Positions 35,142-45,413 of a stretch of 64,000 bases of DNA are shown one piece after another. The DNA lies in the NCBI GenBank assembly GCA_049325535.1, contig JBMOKY010000001.1, positions 813,942 to 877,941 on the forward strand, in the 5' to 3' direction. Source of the DNA: Patescibacteria group bacterium (GTDB lineage Bacteria; Patescibacteriota; Patescibacteriia; UBA10025; JAHIVO01). The first letter of the stretch is position 1, and each line of letters begins with the position of its first letter. The notes under the pieces are model-generated. The model did not search any database, was not told where the DNA came from, and saw only the letters and a program-made list of their open reading frames with translations. The translations under genes were made by a program, and so were the position numbers.

Positions 35142-36656
35142 ATGCGCACGCTCACCGACACCCGGCCGTGGAATATCCCGGCCGAATTCCCGCTCACCCA
35201 GGGCAAAGTCCGCGACGTCTATGACCTCGGGGACGAACTCCTCATCATCGCCACCGATAGGCTCTCGGCCTTCGATGTGGTGCTACAGGAATCGCCAATC
35301 CCAGGTCGTGGAATTGTTCTCACCCAGATGACAATCCACTGGCTCAATGTCCTGAAGGACGCAAGTGCAAGCGTCAATTCACCGATCCCGGTCGTTCATC
35401 ACCTGGTTTCAACCGATGTCGCCGACTTGCCGGATGCCTTCCAGCCGTTTGCTGCGGATCTCGAGGGCCGCTTTATGCTCGTCAATACGTGTGAAGCGCT
35501 CTGGATTGAAATGATCGTCCGGGGATTTATCTCTGGATCGCTCTGGAAAGAATACGCATCCGCAAGCGCCACTGGACCGGTAGTACTCCTCTCCGGCCAT
35601 GAGTTACCCGTTGGCCTGGTGGAGTCCCAGGAATTCCCGCAGGCCATCTTCACGCCATCCACCAAGGCGCCGCAAGGCGAACACGATATTAATATCTCAT
35701 ACGATGAGATGGTCGAGTCGCTCCGATCCGGCCTGGCTGAGCGTGATATCGATCTCGATGCAGAGACACTGGCCGCGGCTTGCCGTGACCTGTCGCTGAC
35801 CCTCTACACCGCCGGCCGGGACTACGCCCGCGAGCGCGGCATCATCATCGCCGACACGAAATTCGAATTCGGTCTGCGACTGATTGACGGCATCTGGCAC
35901 TTGGTCATCATCGACGAAGTGCTAACGCCTGACTCATCCCGCTTTTGGCCCGCCGACGAATACGAGGCAGGTCGCAGCCAGAATAGTTTCGACAAACAGA
36001 TTGTCAGAGACTATCTGGCCAAGAATCTGAAGTGGAATAAGCAGCCGCCAGTACCGGTATTACCGGCCGAAATCATCGAAAAAACGGCCAGCCGCTACCA
36101 CGATTGCGCGGAGAAACTGGGTATCGAGCTGTCGGCACTACGGCTGAATGTCACCGTCCTCTTCGGCAGTAAAAATGATCTGGACGAGGACATGCGGAAA
36201 GCCATCCGAGATGCTCGAGAGGCCTGGTGTTTTGATGGGCCGTTCCATACCATCGACGTGCATGTGATGAGCGTACACCGGAATACACCCATATGCATAG
36301 CCCTAGCTGCAAACGAGCTCGAGGGAGTCAGTCTGGATGATATCGATATCATCATCGCCGCGGCTGGTTGGGCCAACCAGTTGGCGGGTATGATGGCAGC
36401 CTTCCTCCACCATAACGGCCGGAAGATTCCGGTCATTGGCCTGGCTATCGGCACCCCCGGGACCAAGGAATTCGACGCGGCACGACTGTCGATCGAGTGT
36501 CTGCCTGGCAAACCGGTCATCCTCGATCCGAGTGGTAATGCCTATGCCAACGCTACTGGTATGAGGGATATTTTCCTCCGGCTGGCGACAGAACCGTTGC
36601 CGCAGGCAAAACCGTATGTCGAAAAACCGGTCGAACTCTACGTCGAGATCGATTGA
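35142..36656 (+). CDS. purC: SAICAR synthetase fused to a C-terminal PurE-like domain
   Basis: GKVRDVY, ATDRLSAFD, FTPSTKA..GEHD, ADTKFEFG, DEVLTPDSSRFW, FDKQ.VRD; then FGSKND, SVHR, AAAGWANQL, PVIG. Confidence 0.92.
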   Translation: MRTLTDTRPWNIPAEFPLTQGKVRDVYDLGDELLIIATDRLSAFDVVLQESPIPGRGIVLTQMTIHWLNVLKDASASVNSPIPVVHHLVSTDVADLPDAFQPFAADLEGRFMLVNTCEALWIEMIVRGFISGSLWKEYASASATGPVVLLSGHELPVGLVESQEFPQAIFTPSTKAPQGEHDINISYDEMVESLRSGLAERDIDLDAETLAAACRDLSLTLYTAGRDYARERGIIIADTKFEFGLRLIDGIWHLVIIDEVLTPDSSRFWPADEYEAGRSQNSFDKQIVRDYLAKNLKWNKQPPVPVLPAEIIEKTASRYHDCAEKLGIELSALRLNVTVLFGSKNDLDEDMRKAIRDAREAWCFDGPFHTIDVHVMSVHRNTPICIALAANELEGVSLDDIDIIIAAAGWANQLAGMMAAFLHHNGRKIPVIGLAIGTPGTKEFDAARLSIECLPGKPVILDPSGNAYANATGMRDIFLRLATEPLPQAKPYVEKPVELYVEID

Positions 36657-36682
36657 TCGAACCTTTTCACCCTGAAACCAAA

Positions 36683-36719
36683 ACCGGCTCTCATTATCTG
36701 AGAGAGCCGGTCTTTTTTT
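36683..36719 (+). terminator. Intrinsic terminator (possibly bidirectional)
   Basis: ACCGGCTCTC...GAGAGCCGGT followed by a T run. Confidence 0.75.
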
Positions 36720-36729
36720 ATGAAAGGTA

Positions 36730-36870
36730 TCAAGTGCCTCCCAGCGTGGCAGCGGCAATCGATGCAGCAATAAATAAGGTCACTACCATTCCCACGCCGA
36801 TCAGCACCTTGGTCACGACGGTCGTGGAGGTTTTTACTTCAGTTGTGGTTTCAACTTCTGGCTTAGGCAT
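36730..36870 (-). CDS. Small single-TM protein (46 aa)
   Basis: Below the ORF cutoff: MPKPEVETTTEVKTSTTVVTKVLIGVGMVVTLFIAASIAAATLGGT; starts 10 nt after the FecR-gene stop. Confidence 0.6.
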   Translation of the reverse strand: MPKPEVETTTEVKTSTTVVTKVLIGVGMVVTLFIAASIAAATLGGT

Positions 36871-36880
36871 ATGTGTTCAT

Positions 36881-39082
36881 TTATTGGATGACGCCATCAA
36901 TGACGGTGACGGTATTACTGCAGGCGACCTGGCTCTGCGAGTCCAGCACGCAAACGCTGTAATACTGCGTACCGCTCGATACGTTCACTGCCGAGGCACG
37001 TTCGCCACCCTTGGCGCCGGTATCAGTGTAGGACACTTCACTGGCACTGGAAATTGCCTTGATATACCCATTGTCGGGATACGCGGGAGTGCTGTCAGTC
37101 TGAGACCAGGCAATTTTATAGGCCGAGAAATCCCCTTCAGTTGATTTGGTCCAGGCTAGTTTGATACCGTCAGCAGTGACAGTCGCACTGAGGGTGACCG
37201 CACTCGGCGCAGCATTAGTGTGGATAGCCGTCACTTGAACTACGTTGCTGCAATAGATAGTGTCCCCCACAGCACAAATACGGTAATAATACGCCGTGCC
37301 TTTTTTCGCGCTGAAATCACGATGGCTCAGCTCACCCTCACCTTTGACGGCGATGTAGCCGTCATCCGGATACCGCAGATTTGCATTCTTTTCAGAGCGA
37401 ACCACTTTATAATACTTGAATCCGCTTATATCCGATGCAGCTGTCCACCACAGGCCCACACCGGTTGATTCTGCTTTTGCTGACATCACCACATTGACCG
37501 CGGAATCATCGGGAGTAATCGCCGTCACCGCAGTATCATTGCTATAGACGAGGCAGCCGCCCTCGCCATTGTACTGGCACACGCGGAAATGGTAGGTCTT
37601 ACCATCAGTCGCCTGCCAGACATAGGATCGGGTATCCGACAGCTCTATATAGACCGCCTCGTCGCCGTCCCGCGTCGGATAGGTGGGATTAGCGCTAGTA
37701 CTGCGGATGATCTTGAACCCTTTATTGACCGACATGCCCTCGACGGTCCAGATGAGTTTGATACCGCTCGTAGAAGCCGAACCAGACAGGAAAATGCCCA
37801 CTCGTTCCTCCTCAGGTTCCGGTTCTGGTTCTGCCGCGGCGCGACCGGACATATATATAATATTCGAACAGAACGATTGGCTATCAGTCATCACTTCGCA
37901 CACCCGATAGTAATAATTTGTCCCCGCTTCCGTGGTCGTATCCGCATGGCGCTCGGTTCCGAGAGCATACGCTGCTATGGCGTCAGTACCCGGATACGCC
38001 AGCTGGGCATTGGTCGTGGAACGAATTACTTTATATTCCTTAAAAGTCGCGCTGGTTGATTTGTTCCATTGCAGATCGACGCCTGATATGGTACTGCCGC
38101 CCGTCAGGGTCAGTGGAGTCGCTACCGCTTCCGTCTGGAAGACCACCCGCACTTCCTTGAGCGTCCGATGTGCCTCTGCGTCACTCGCAATCACGGTAAT
38201 GACGTTCTTCCCTGGCTCGAGCGTGAGGGTCTGGGAAAAGGCACCGTCAGTAATCGGCGTGTCAATCCCTTGTACGGTCACGGCCGTGGCATCCTCGCTC
38301 ACGGTACCGACCACCGCCAATTGCTGTTCTGTCGTCGTGGTACCATCAGCTGGCTGTGACACCGTCAGCGTCGGTCCGGCCAAAGGCTCAAAAATGCCCA
38401 GCGAATTATTATGTTTCGAATCCTCTTCTTTGTTCCAGACGTACCATTCGCTCTTCAGGGCATCGGGATTGATGTCAGACACCGCCACCTGCAGCGCCGC
38501 CTTATCGATGGTAGCCTGAGAACCCTGCGCTACCTCAGCCTGATCCGCGGAGGTATCGATAGCTACGCTGCTGTCAATCACCCCGACATCAACCGCCTCC
38601 TCTTTTTCGATCACGTCAAACGCCGTTCCGAGCGCGCTAATGGCAATATCCCCGCTGGTAACGATATACTGGCGACGGGGGTCCTTGGCTACCCGATTAT
38701 AGGTGGCGCCGCTCTGCTGGGCGATAATCACCTGGGTAGTTTCCAAATTGGTCAAAGTCACCTCAGTGGTATATCCCAGGCGTACGACGTCACCATTTTC
38801 AAATTCGACAATGGCTTTGCTTTCTGCTCCGGTCGAGAGCTGATCACCCGTATGCAGCACCGTATCGGTGTCCACTGATTTCCAATCGCTTCCGTCTACC
38901 CGAACCAGTACCGTCCCCTGCTGATAGGCCAGCGTAGCGGCCATCGGCTTGCTCGGTTGGCGGATATCAAATACTGTCGGATCGAGAAACCCGTTTTGCT
39001 CGGTGTACCAGTACACCCCGCCCAGGGCGACTCCAACAGCGAGTAATAAAATAATGGAAACCACGAAATAATTCTTTTGCAT
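36881..39082 (-). CDS. FecR-domain membrane-anchored protein with Ig-like and four Fn3-like repeats
   Basis: GDQLSTG..S.A...F.NG..VRL, ALGTAFDV; four L.W....F..YK..(R/W)S.....YP...Y....C...SN repeats. Confidence 0.8.
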   Translation of the reverse strand: MQKNYFVVSIILLLAVGVALGGVYWYTEQNGFLDPTVFDIRQPSKPMAATLAYQQGTVLVRVDGSDWKSVDTDTVLHTGDQLSTGAESKAIVEFENGDVVRLGYTTEVTLTNLETTQVIIAQQSGATYNRVAKDPRRQYIVTSGDIAISALGTAFDVIEKEEAVDVGVIDSSVAIDTSADQAEVAQGSQATIDKAALQVAVSDINPDALKSEWYVWNKEEDSKHNNSLGIFEPLAGPTLTVSQPADGTTTTEQQLAVVGTVSEDATAVTVQGIDTPITDGAFSQTLTLEPGKNVITVIASDAEAHRTLKEVRVVFQTEAVATPLTLTGGSTISGVDLQWNKSTSATFKEYKVIRSTTNAQLAYPGTDAIAAYALGTERHADTTTEAGTNYYYRVCEVMTDSQSFCSNIIYMSGRAAAEPEPEPEEERVGIFLSGSASTSGIKLIWTVEGMSVNKGFKIIRSTSANPTYPTRDGDEAVYIELSDTRSYVWQATDGKTYHFRVCQYNGEGGCLVYSNDTAVTAITPDDSAVNVVMSAKAESTGVGLWWTAASDISGFKYYKVVRSEKNANLRYPDDGYIAVKGEGELSHRDFSAKKGTAYYYRICAVGDTIYCSNVVQVTAIHTNAAPSAVTLSATVTADGIKLAWTKSTEGDFSAYKIAWSQTDSTPAYPDNGYIKAISSASEVSYTDTGAKGGERASAVNVSSGTQYYSVCVLDSQSQVACSNTVTVIDGVIQ

Positions 39083-39111
39083 ACGAAATGAAAACTCAGT
39101 TATTAATTATG

Positions 39112-41799
39112 CTATGGTTTGATGATGCGAATGTGCGGCGCGCCGCCTGCCCGGGGTATAGTCAGCAGTTCATCGGTACCATCGCCGTCGACGTCTCCGC
39201 CACTTAATTGTACACCACCAAGGAAATTTTGTGCATACACATAAAATTCATTGCGCCACCGTTCGCGGATATCATACACCTTTACAAACGGAGTGGCATT
39301 GTCTCCCACACCGACCACGATCTCTTTGGTGCCGTCGCCGTCAGTATCAACACCCGCCACGGACACGCCGCCACGATAATCACGGTGAAAAGCAAAGAAA
39401 CCGGGAGATAATCGCTTCAGCTGATTGGGGCGAATCTGAAATATCTGCACGTGCGGAGCGCCCCACTGCGGGCCGGTGATGATTTCATCTTTGCCGTCGC
39501 CGTCAGCATCAGCCGTGGTCACATTGATACCGCCGCGGAAGCCGGGGTCGTAGGCCATGAAATTGGTGAGTATTTTTCCCGCAGCGCTATACACCATCAC
39601 CTGCGGCCCCCCACCACGCATGGCCGCGACCACTATTTCCGAGATGCCATCGCCATTGGTGTCGCCACAGGCGACATGTACCCCGCCGGTAAATTTCCCG
39701 TCGAGGACGAAGAAGCCATCATGAATCACATCACCGTAGCCATTAAATACTTTTACCAGAGGCCACCCGCCGCGTCCCTGAGCAGTCACGATTTCCTCCC
39801 GGCCGTTTCCATCGATATCACAAGCGGTGACGGTGACACCATTGCGGAGGCTGCGGTCGTAGGCGAAAAACTGTGATTTGAGGGCTCCCTGGTTATCAAA
39901 CACCCGCACTTGAGGCGCCATGCCGCTGGCCGTCCCGGCAATCACTTCGGCTTTCCGGTCTCCGAGCACGTTACCACTGGCGATATGGTAGCCACCGCGC
40001 AGATTGCTAGAAAAACCAAAGAACGATTTACTGGCGGAAACAATGGCATTGGTTGTGCCGCCTGGACTGGTAGTGCGATTGATTCGAGCGCCAGATACCC
40101 CCGGGGCAGTATAGGGTGCCACTTGTGCCGTCGGCGTACCGCCCGCCTGGGTGGTCGCCAAATTAAATATGACCAGTTTTGAAGAATCAAGTGATATGCT
40201 GGACGAACCGCCCACGTATCCATCAGCGCTAATGACTATAGTATGAGGCGTATCAACCGTTTCCACCGGCGGTTTTCCGGCATAGTCGTGAGTACGGATG
40301 GCAAAGAGTGCCTGGCCGCTACTATTCGTCGTACCGAAAGCGACTTCATCGCCCTGCTGATTACGTATGCTGAGGTAGGCTCCAGCCAGCACGCCACCGG
40401 CCTGGCGATGTACCTGGACGCTGAGATACTGCTGGATTTCATACCCGATGGTCGCTCCGGCAGTGCGATATGAGACATCATTTATGGATACGCCGGAACC
40501 CAAAATGGAATCGAGAAAAGCGATGCCGGTCGATGGCAGTGTTCCGGTATTGAACCGGAGAAAATGATAATTCACCGGGGTGCCCGTACGTTCAAATGTA
40601 TTGGTGCGGAAAAGCACGTCACTGCCCGAATCCCAGTCGGCGTAGACATGGTAATTATTGGTGCGAAAAATATTATGGTGGATATCCAATCCATTCCCCG
40701 CCTCCACCCCCACGAAATGGACTGCCGCGGCTATTTGCGCGCTTTCGCTGGTGGTTGCCGTAAATGTATTGTTATGTATTTCATTGTTCGAACCGGCGTC
40801 GAGTGTCAAATCCAGCGCATAGGCGGCCCCATATCCGCCGCCAGCCACCGCGGTCACGATATTATCATGGATATCTGCGTTGGTCGCACCCTCAAGCTTG
40901 ATACCATGCGACCAGCCTCCCGCGTATTCGGCATTTGGCCCCTCTTTGACGGTGATAGTATTATTATACACCTCGACATTATCAGCGGTGACATGGACGC
41001 CGCGGCCGTTCTGCGGGGTCAGGGTATTATTGTAAATTTTCATGTTTGGCGCGTGGCCGGCAATGCTATACGGGTTTGCCACCCGGGCGTTTTGACTGAT
41101 GGTATTGCCATAGATCTCCACTCCGCTGCTGCCAGACGCACCCTCATACACCCGGATGCCCCACTGCGGGCCACCGGTGATGGTATTATTGTATATTTTC
41201 GTGTTACCGCTGTCATTGAGCGAGCCAACCACCTCCTTACCCTGATGACGATTGGAAACCACCGTCGAATTGTTTATCAGCGTATTATTATAAATCTGCA
41301 GATTATTTGCGTAGAGAAATAGGAAATTATCCGTATCATCTCCGTGGACGGTTGCCGTAATAGAGTGGACCGTCGAACCAGCGCCACTCCGGGCAAAAAT
41401 CGCATGGCAATCAGCGCCATTGCCACCGCCCTGGGTGATGCTGCCATTACGAATGGTGGCGTAGCGCGCCCCACCAAATGCCTCATCCGGCAATCCGGGA
41501 AACCAGGTTCGGGAGACGTCATTGGCATACGAGACGGGAATGGCAATCCCATACCGGCTGGTACCCGCCGCCGTCCCATAGGTAATCGTATATCCATTCA
41601 GATCTAATACGATATTATCCCCGGCGATGGCGATGCAGGTACCCTCGGACGAAATATCATTCTGAAGAATATACGTCTCGCCGTCTGTCGCCAATACACC
41701 ACAGGTAGTCACGTTTGTGGCGGCATACGCCGGCTGCGCCAGCAGGCATATTCCGCAGACTAAAAATCCACCGAGTATGAGTATAAACGGCATCCGCAT
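39112..41799 (-). CDS. Secreted parallel beta-helix protein with C-terminal FG-GAP/VCBS repeats
   Basis: Signal peptide; repeated IYNNT(I/L) turns; D.DGDG..EI....G.GG.P.V repeats. Confidence 0.8.
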   Translation of the reverse strand: MRMPFILILGGFLVCGICLLAQPAYAATNVTTCGVLATDGETYILQNDISSEGTCIAIAGDNIVLDLNGYTITYGTAAGTSRYGIAIPVSYANDVSRTWFPGLPDEAFGGARYATIRNGSITQGGGNGADCHAIFARSGAGSTVHSITATVHGDDTDNFLFLYANNLQIYNNTLINNSTVVSNRHQGKEVVGSLNDSGNTKIYNNTITGGPQWGIRVYEGASGSSGVEIYGNTISQNARVANPYSIAGHAPNMKIYNNTLTPQNGRGVHVTADNVEVYNNTITVKEGPNAEYAGGWSHGIKLEGATNADIHDNIVTAVAGGGYGAAYALDLTLDAGSNNEIHNNTFTATTSESAQIAAAVHFVGVEAGNGLDIHHNIFRTNNYHVYADWDSGSDVLFRTNTFERTGTPVNYHFLRFNTGTLPSTGIAFLDSILGSGVSINDVSYRTAGATIGYEIQQYLSVQVHRQAGGVLAGAYLSIRNQQGDEVAFGTTNSSGQALFAIRTHDYAGKPPVETVDTPHTIVISADGYVGGSSSISLDSSKLVIFNLATTQAGGTPTAQVAPYTAPGVSGARINRTTSPGGTTNAIVSASKSFFGFSSNLRGGYHIASGNVLGDRKAEVIAGTASGMAPQVRVFDNQGALKSQFFAYDRSLRNGVTVTACDIDGNGREEIVTAQGRGGWPLVKVFNGYGDVIHDGFFVLDGKFTGGVHVACGDTNGDGISEIVVAAMRGGGPQVMVYSAAGKILTNFMAYDPGFRGGINVTTADADGDGKDEIITGPQWGAPHVQIFQIRPNQLKRLSPGFFAFHRDYRGGVSVAGVDTDGDGTKEIVVGVGDNATPFVKVYDIRERWRNEFYVYAQNFLGGVQLSGGDVDGDGTDELLTIPRAGGAPHIRIIKP
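39434..39705. repeat. Near-identical DNA tracts shared with 42133-42404
   Basis: 39434-39579 vs 42133-42278 has one mismatch; 39602-39705 vs 42301-42404 is identical by eye. Confidence 0.9.
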
Positions 41800-41801
41800 A
41801 T

Positions 41802-43574
41802 TTATTGTTCCTCTACGTTAATAATTCGAATGTTCGCGCCGCCGCTTGCCCGGGGGGCAACTAATAGTTCGTCTGCACCATCACCATCGACATCACCGCC
41901 CCCGAGCTGCACGCCGCCCAAAAAATTAGTTTGATACACGAAAAACTCTTTCTGCCATTGTTCACGAATGTTAAATACCTTTACAAACGGAGTGGCATTG
42001 TCCCCCACACCGACCACGATCTCTTTGGTGCCGTCGCCAGTCGTATCCACACCCGCCACGGACACGCCGCCACGGTAATCGGTATTAAAAGCAAAGAAAC
42101 CAGGTGAAAGCCGATGGACGGCGCCTTTCCGGATCTGAAATATCTGCACGTGCGGAGCGCCCCACTGCGGGCCGGTGATGATTTCATCTTTGCCGTCGCC
42201 GTCAGCATCAGCCGTGGTCACATTGATACCGCCGCGGAAGCCGGGATCGTAGGCCATGAAATTGGTGAGTATTTTTCCATCTTTATTATAGACGAGCACG
42301 TGCGGCCCCCCACCACGCATGGCCGCGACCACTATTTCCGAGATGCCATCGCCATTGGTGTCGCCACAGGCGACATGTACCCCGCCGGTAAATTTCCCGT
42401 CGAGCACAGAAAAGCCACTATTGATGACCGCTCCTGATCCGCTGAATATTTTGACGATCGGCCACCCGCCGCGTCCTTGAGCAGTCACGATTTCCTCCCG
42501 GCCGTTTCCATCGATATCACAAGCGGTGACACTGGCGCCATTGCGCAAATTTTGGTCATAGGCAAAAAATTGGGACTGTACATTTCCCGAATCATCAAAA
42601 ACACGGACCTGTGGCGCCAACCCTGTGGCCGTGCCCATCAGTATCTCGGCGCTGGCATCCCCCAGTACGTCACCTGAAGCCACCTGGAATCCACCGCGCA
42701 CAGATGCGTCATACCCGAGGAATGAAACTCCTGAAGCGATACGTTCGGGTGCGGTGGCTGCTACGAATACAAGCGCATTCGGGATGTTGCGTCCCGGGCC
42801 GCGTAAATACTGCCCGTCGAGCATGAGTGCCGAGGAACCGCCGCCGTCGAGATTCATGGCGTGCGTCATATGCATAGCCTGCATGGCTCGCGCCAGATCC
42901 ATCACCGTCGCGCTCGACGCCACCGCCAGATAGACATTGCCATTTTTAAACCCGATACCGGATCGGTTTGATTTGACGGTGCGCTGTTTCGAGTCCAGAT
43001 CACTGTCGCTAACAATGAGCTGCCCTTCATAGATGAGGCCAGGGCCATTGGAAATGACTGCCGCCAGCGAAGTGGAATGCGCGGCTTCAAATGCCTGCTT
43101 ACCCGGCCAATCTTTCGCATTGCGGAAAAAATGGAAATTATTGTCGGTGTCAAAAGCAATCACCGGCCCTCTATTGAACTGGTTTTGGTAGGAATTGACG
43201 AATGCATCAGATACCGAATCATACCACATCCAATAGTACGAACCATCTTCACTGGCACAACTGGCGTAATCCGACGGGCAAAAATAACTGCCATTGATAC
43301 CAGCAAACCCGCCTACTTCATCGACGTATGATTTCAGAGGCTGGACCGGACAATTATCTTTGCAGTCGTAATCCGCCGCGGACAATGATTTTACCTGCAG
43401 GCCAGCGCTGCCGAGATTGATGCGGATCAACTGGACGGATATGATCCCCTGGCCGGTATCGACCGCCAGGCTCTCATAGCCGCTGTCGACTGCCGCTCGA
43501 GCGCTCTGGCTAGCAAAAAAAATCACACTGGCTATGCTAAGGGTGAGGAGTAAACGATACATGACTCGCTTCAT
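41802..43574 (-). CDS. Secreted phosphodiester glycosidase (NAGPA/DUF2233) with C-terminal FG-GAP repeats
   Basis: AGINGSYF, GPGL, RSGIG, AMNLDGGGSS; D.DG.G..EI repeats. Confidence 0.85.
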   Translation of the reverse strand: MKRVMYRLLLTLSIASVIFFASQSARAAVDSGYESLAVDTGQGIISVQLIRINLGSAGLQVKSLSAADYDCKDNCPVQPLKSYVDEVGGFAGINGSYFCPSDYASCASEDGSYYWMWYDSVSDAFVNSYQNQFNRGPVIAFDTDNNFHFFRNAKDWPGKQAFEAAHSTSLAAVISNGPGLIYEGQLIVSDSDLDSKQRTVKSNRSGIGFKNGNVYLAVASSATVMDLARAMQAMHMTHAMNLDGGGSSALMLDGQYLRGPGRNIPNALVFVAATAPERIASGVSFLGYDASVRGGFQVASGDVLGDASAEILMGTATGLAPQVRVFDDSGNVQSQFFAYDQNLRNGASVTACDIDGNGREEIVTAQGRGGWPIVKIFSGSGAVINSGFSVLDGKFTGGVHVACGDTNGDGISEIVVAAMRGGGPHVLVYNKDGKILTNFMAYDPGFRGGINVTTADADGDGKDEIITGPQWGAPHVQIFQIRKGAVHRLSPGFFAFNTDYRGGVSVAGVDTTGDGTKEIVVGVGDNATPFVKVFNIREQWQKEFFVYQTNFLGGVQLGGGDVDGDGADELLVAPRASGGANIRIINVEEQ

Positions 43575-43663
43575 CTGCGCCGGTTCTTAATGATATGTAT
43601 TTTTATTTTTAGTATGTATATACTACCACATTTTTTACTATAATTCAAGGGTTATAGTGGTAT

Positions 43664-43701
43664 AAAAAAAACGGGCACGGTGTTGGTACACGCGTGCCCG
43701 T
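43664..43701 (-). terminator. Intrinsic terminator of the 47259-43723 operon
   Basis: ACGGGCACG/CGTGCCCGT stem with a T run on the minus strand. Confidence 0.7.
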
Positions 43702-43722
43702 ACAATGATCACAAAGGACGAA

Positions 43723-45411
43723 CTATGTCGCCGGACGGTCATCCGGAATGACGATATTCCCCCAATACTCACTCTGGTATACGACCAGACAGAGTTTGAC
43801 GGAACGTACTTCACTCGGAAGTTCTCCTCTGAAGGTCAGGCGGCAGTCGATCTGCTGCCCACCCTCGATACTCCACACGCCGACATCGAGATCCCGACGT
43901 TCGAAATTACGCCAATAGATATTGTAGAACTCCACTCCGCTGATGGGAACCACCGGAGCATAATGTCCATACACCACCTGCTGGGTATATTCGAAACGCG
44001 TGTCTCCGCTGATGACGAGCTTCTGGCCGTCACGAGATGACTGCGGATTCAGCCGGGGGCACTGGAATCTCAAATACACCATCGACTGGCCGCCTACGGA
44101 CACGATACTGTCGACGAAGATATCCAGCGGCACATTGTACGTGGACCGGGGGGTAAGCGCTACCGGAAACGGCTGGCGAATGCCCACCGGAATCCCCGAC
44201 TGGAAGACGCTGGCCATCTGCATCACGCTCTGAGCGGCACCATCAGCGACCATTCGAGACGCTGTCTGTTGCTGCTGCGCTGTGTCCGGCGGCGGCGGGA
44301 TGGTGGTGTCAGGCTGCTGCGGCTGGATAGCCGGTTGCGTTTGCGGCGTCTGAGGAGGTTCGGGCTCGCGGTATGCGAGTTTGAACCGTTCCTGCATCGT
44401 CGCCGGACCAGGGCCCTGCTTTGCCAGCCACAACTTCATAGCTACGGCATCTGCGTAATCCCGATCCCCATCACCGTCAAAATCACCGAGGACGATACTT
44501 CGCCCATTGATGATGATGTGACGGTCGACGTCGCCGATGCGGGCGATGATGTCCGCGTCGGTACTGTCCCGTTCGCCATCCATGTTCAGATCAATGATCC
44601 GTTCGGGGTCCGGAAGAGCCGAGAGGGTCCCGGTCGAGCGTGCGAGCTTGCCGCCCGCGTACGCGATCAGATTCCCGGTGCCCTTCCCCAAATCACCGAT
44701 ACCGTTGCCGAATTGCCACACGATGGCTCTGCCCCGTTCAGCGGCCGGCTTGGTCACATCGGAAAGCGACATCACCATGTAGAGGAGGACGAGAAAGGCG
44801 GCGATACCACTGGCTCCAGAAACGACGGTCGCGGCCAAACGAACTGCCCGGCGTGTTCCGCTGGAGAGAAGGAACCACGCGGCTTCGGACAGTACCAGCA
44901 CTACGAACCATTCCAGATGCCCCGGTAACCAGGGCTTGAAGAGAAGGTTCGCCAGCAGGAACATGCAATCCCAAAACAGGACATGCACGTAGAGCTTCCA
45001 CATCGTGCTTGGCGCACTCGTCGGCGAATCGCTCGACCACTTGTAGGCGAGCGCTGCCGCCAGCGCGATGGTAAAGGGATAGATCTGGAGGACGATCAGA
45101 CAGACGGCGAAGAAGAACAGCAGTCCTCCTGCCACATACTCAGGTACGCCCCCGCCAAACACGTACGTGGCGAGACCAAACACGCCGGTGAGCACCGCCC
45201 ACCAGATGATGCGCGTCTTGACCTCGCTGGAGACGGTTCGCCCCCAATCCCAACCAGTATGGGCTATTTCTTTGCCGATTTCGGCGCCCTGTCGGACAGC
45301 CTTGAAATCGAGCAGGAACAGCACCGCGGACGGGATGAGGGCATCCTTACCGGCTCCCAAGAGCGAGTCCCATACGCCCTTCAATTGCTTCTTGATTTCC
45401 GTTTTCGTCAT
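43723..45411 (-). CDS. Multi-TM hypothetical protein with dockerin-like Ca-binding pair, P/Q linker and C-terminal beta domain
   Basis: About 6 TM; DLNMDGERDSTDA...GDFDGDGDRDYADA; PQTPQTQPAIQPQQPDTTIPPPP. Confidence 0.75.
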   Translation of the reverse strand: MTKTEIKKQLKGVWDSLLGAGKDALIPSAVLFLLDFKAVRQGAEIGKEIAHTGWDWGRTVSSEVKTRIIWWAVLTGVFGLATYVFGGGVPEYVAGGLLFFFAVCLIVLQIYPFTIALAAALAYKWSSDSPTSAPSTMWKLYVHVLFWDCMFLLANLLFKPWLPGHLEWFVVLVLSEAAWFLLSSGTRRAVRLAATVVSGASGIAAFLVLLYMVMSLSDVTKPAAERGRAIVWQFGNGIGDLGKGTGNLIAYAGGKLARSTGTLSALPDPERIIDLNMDGERDSTDADIIARIGDVDRHIIINGRSIVLGDFDGDGDRDYADAVAMKLWLAKQGPGPATMQERFKLAYREPEPPQTPQTQPAIQPQQPDTTIPPPPDTAQQQQTASRMVADGAAQSVMQMASVFQSGIPVGIRQPFPVALTPRSTYNVPLDIFVDSIVSVGGQSMVYLRFQCPRLNPQSSRDGQKLVISGDTRFEYTQQVVYGHYAPVVPISGVEFYNIYWRNFERRDLDVGVWSIEGGQQIDCRLTFRGELPSEVRSVKLCLVVYQSEYWGNIVIPDDRPAT

Positions 45412-45413
45412 GA

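Noticed and set aside
39434-42404. Diversity-generating retroelement TR/VR pair
   Set aside because: Both copies lie within coding FG-GAP domains, differences are not adenine-specific, and no reverse transcriptase is in the window
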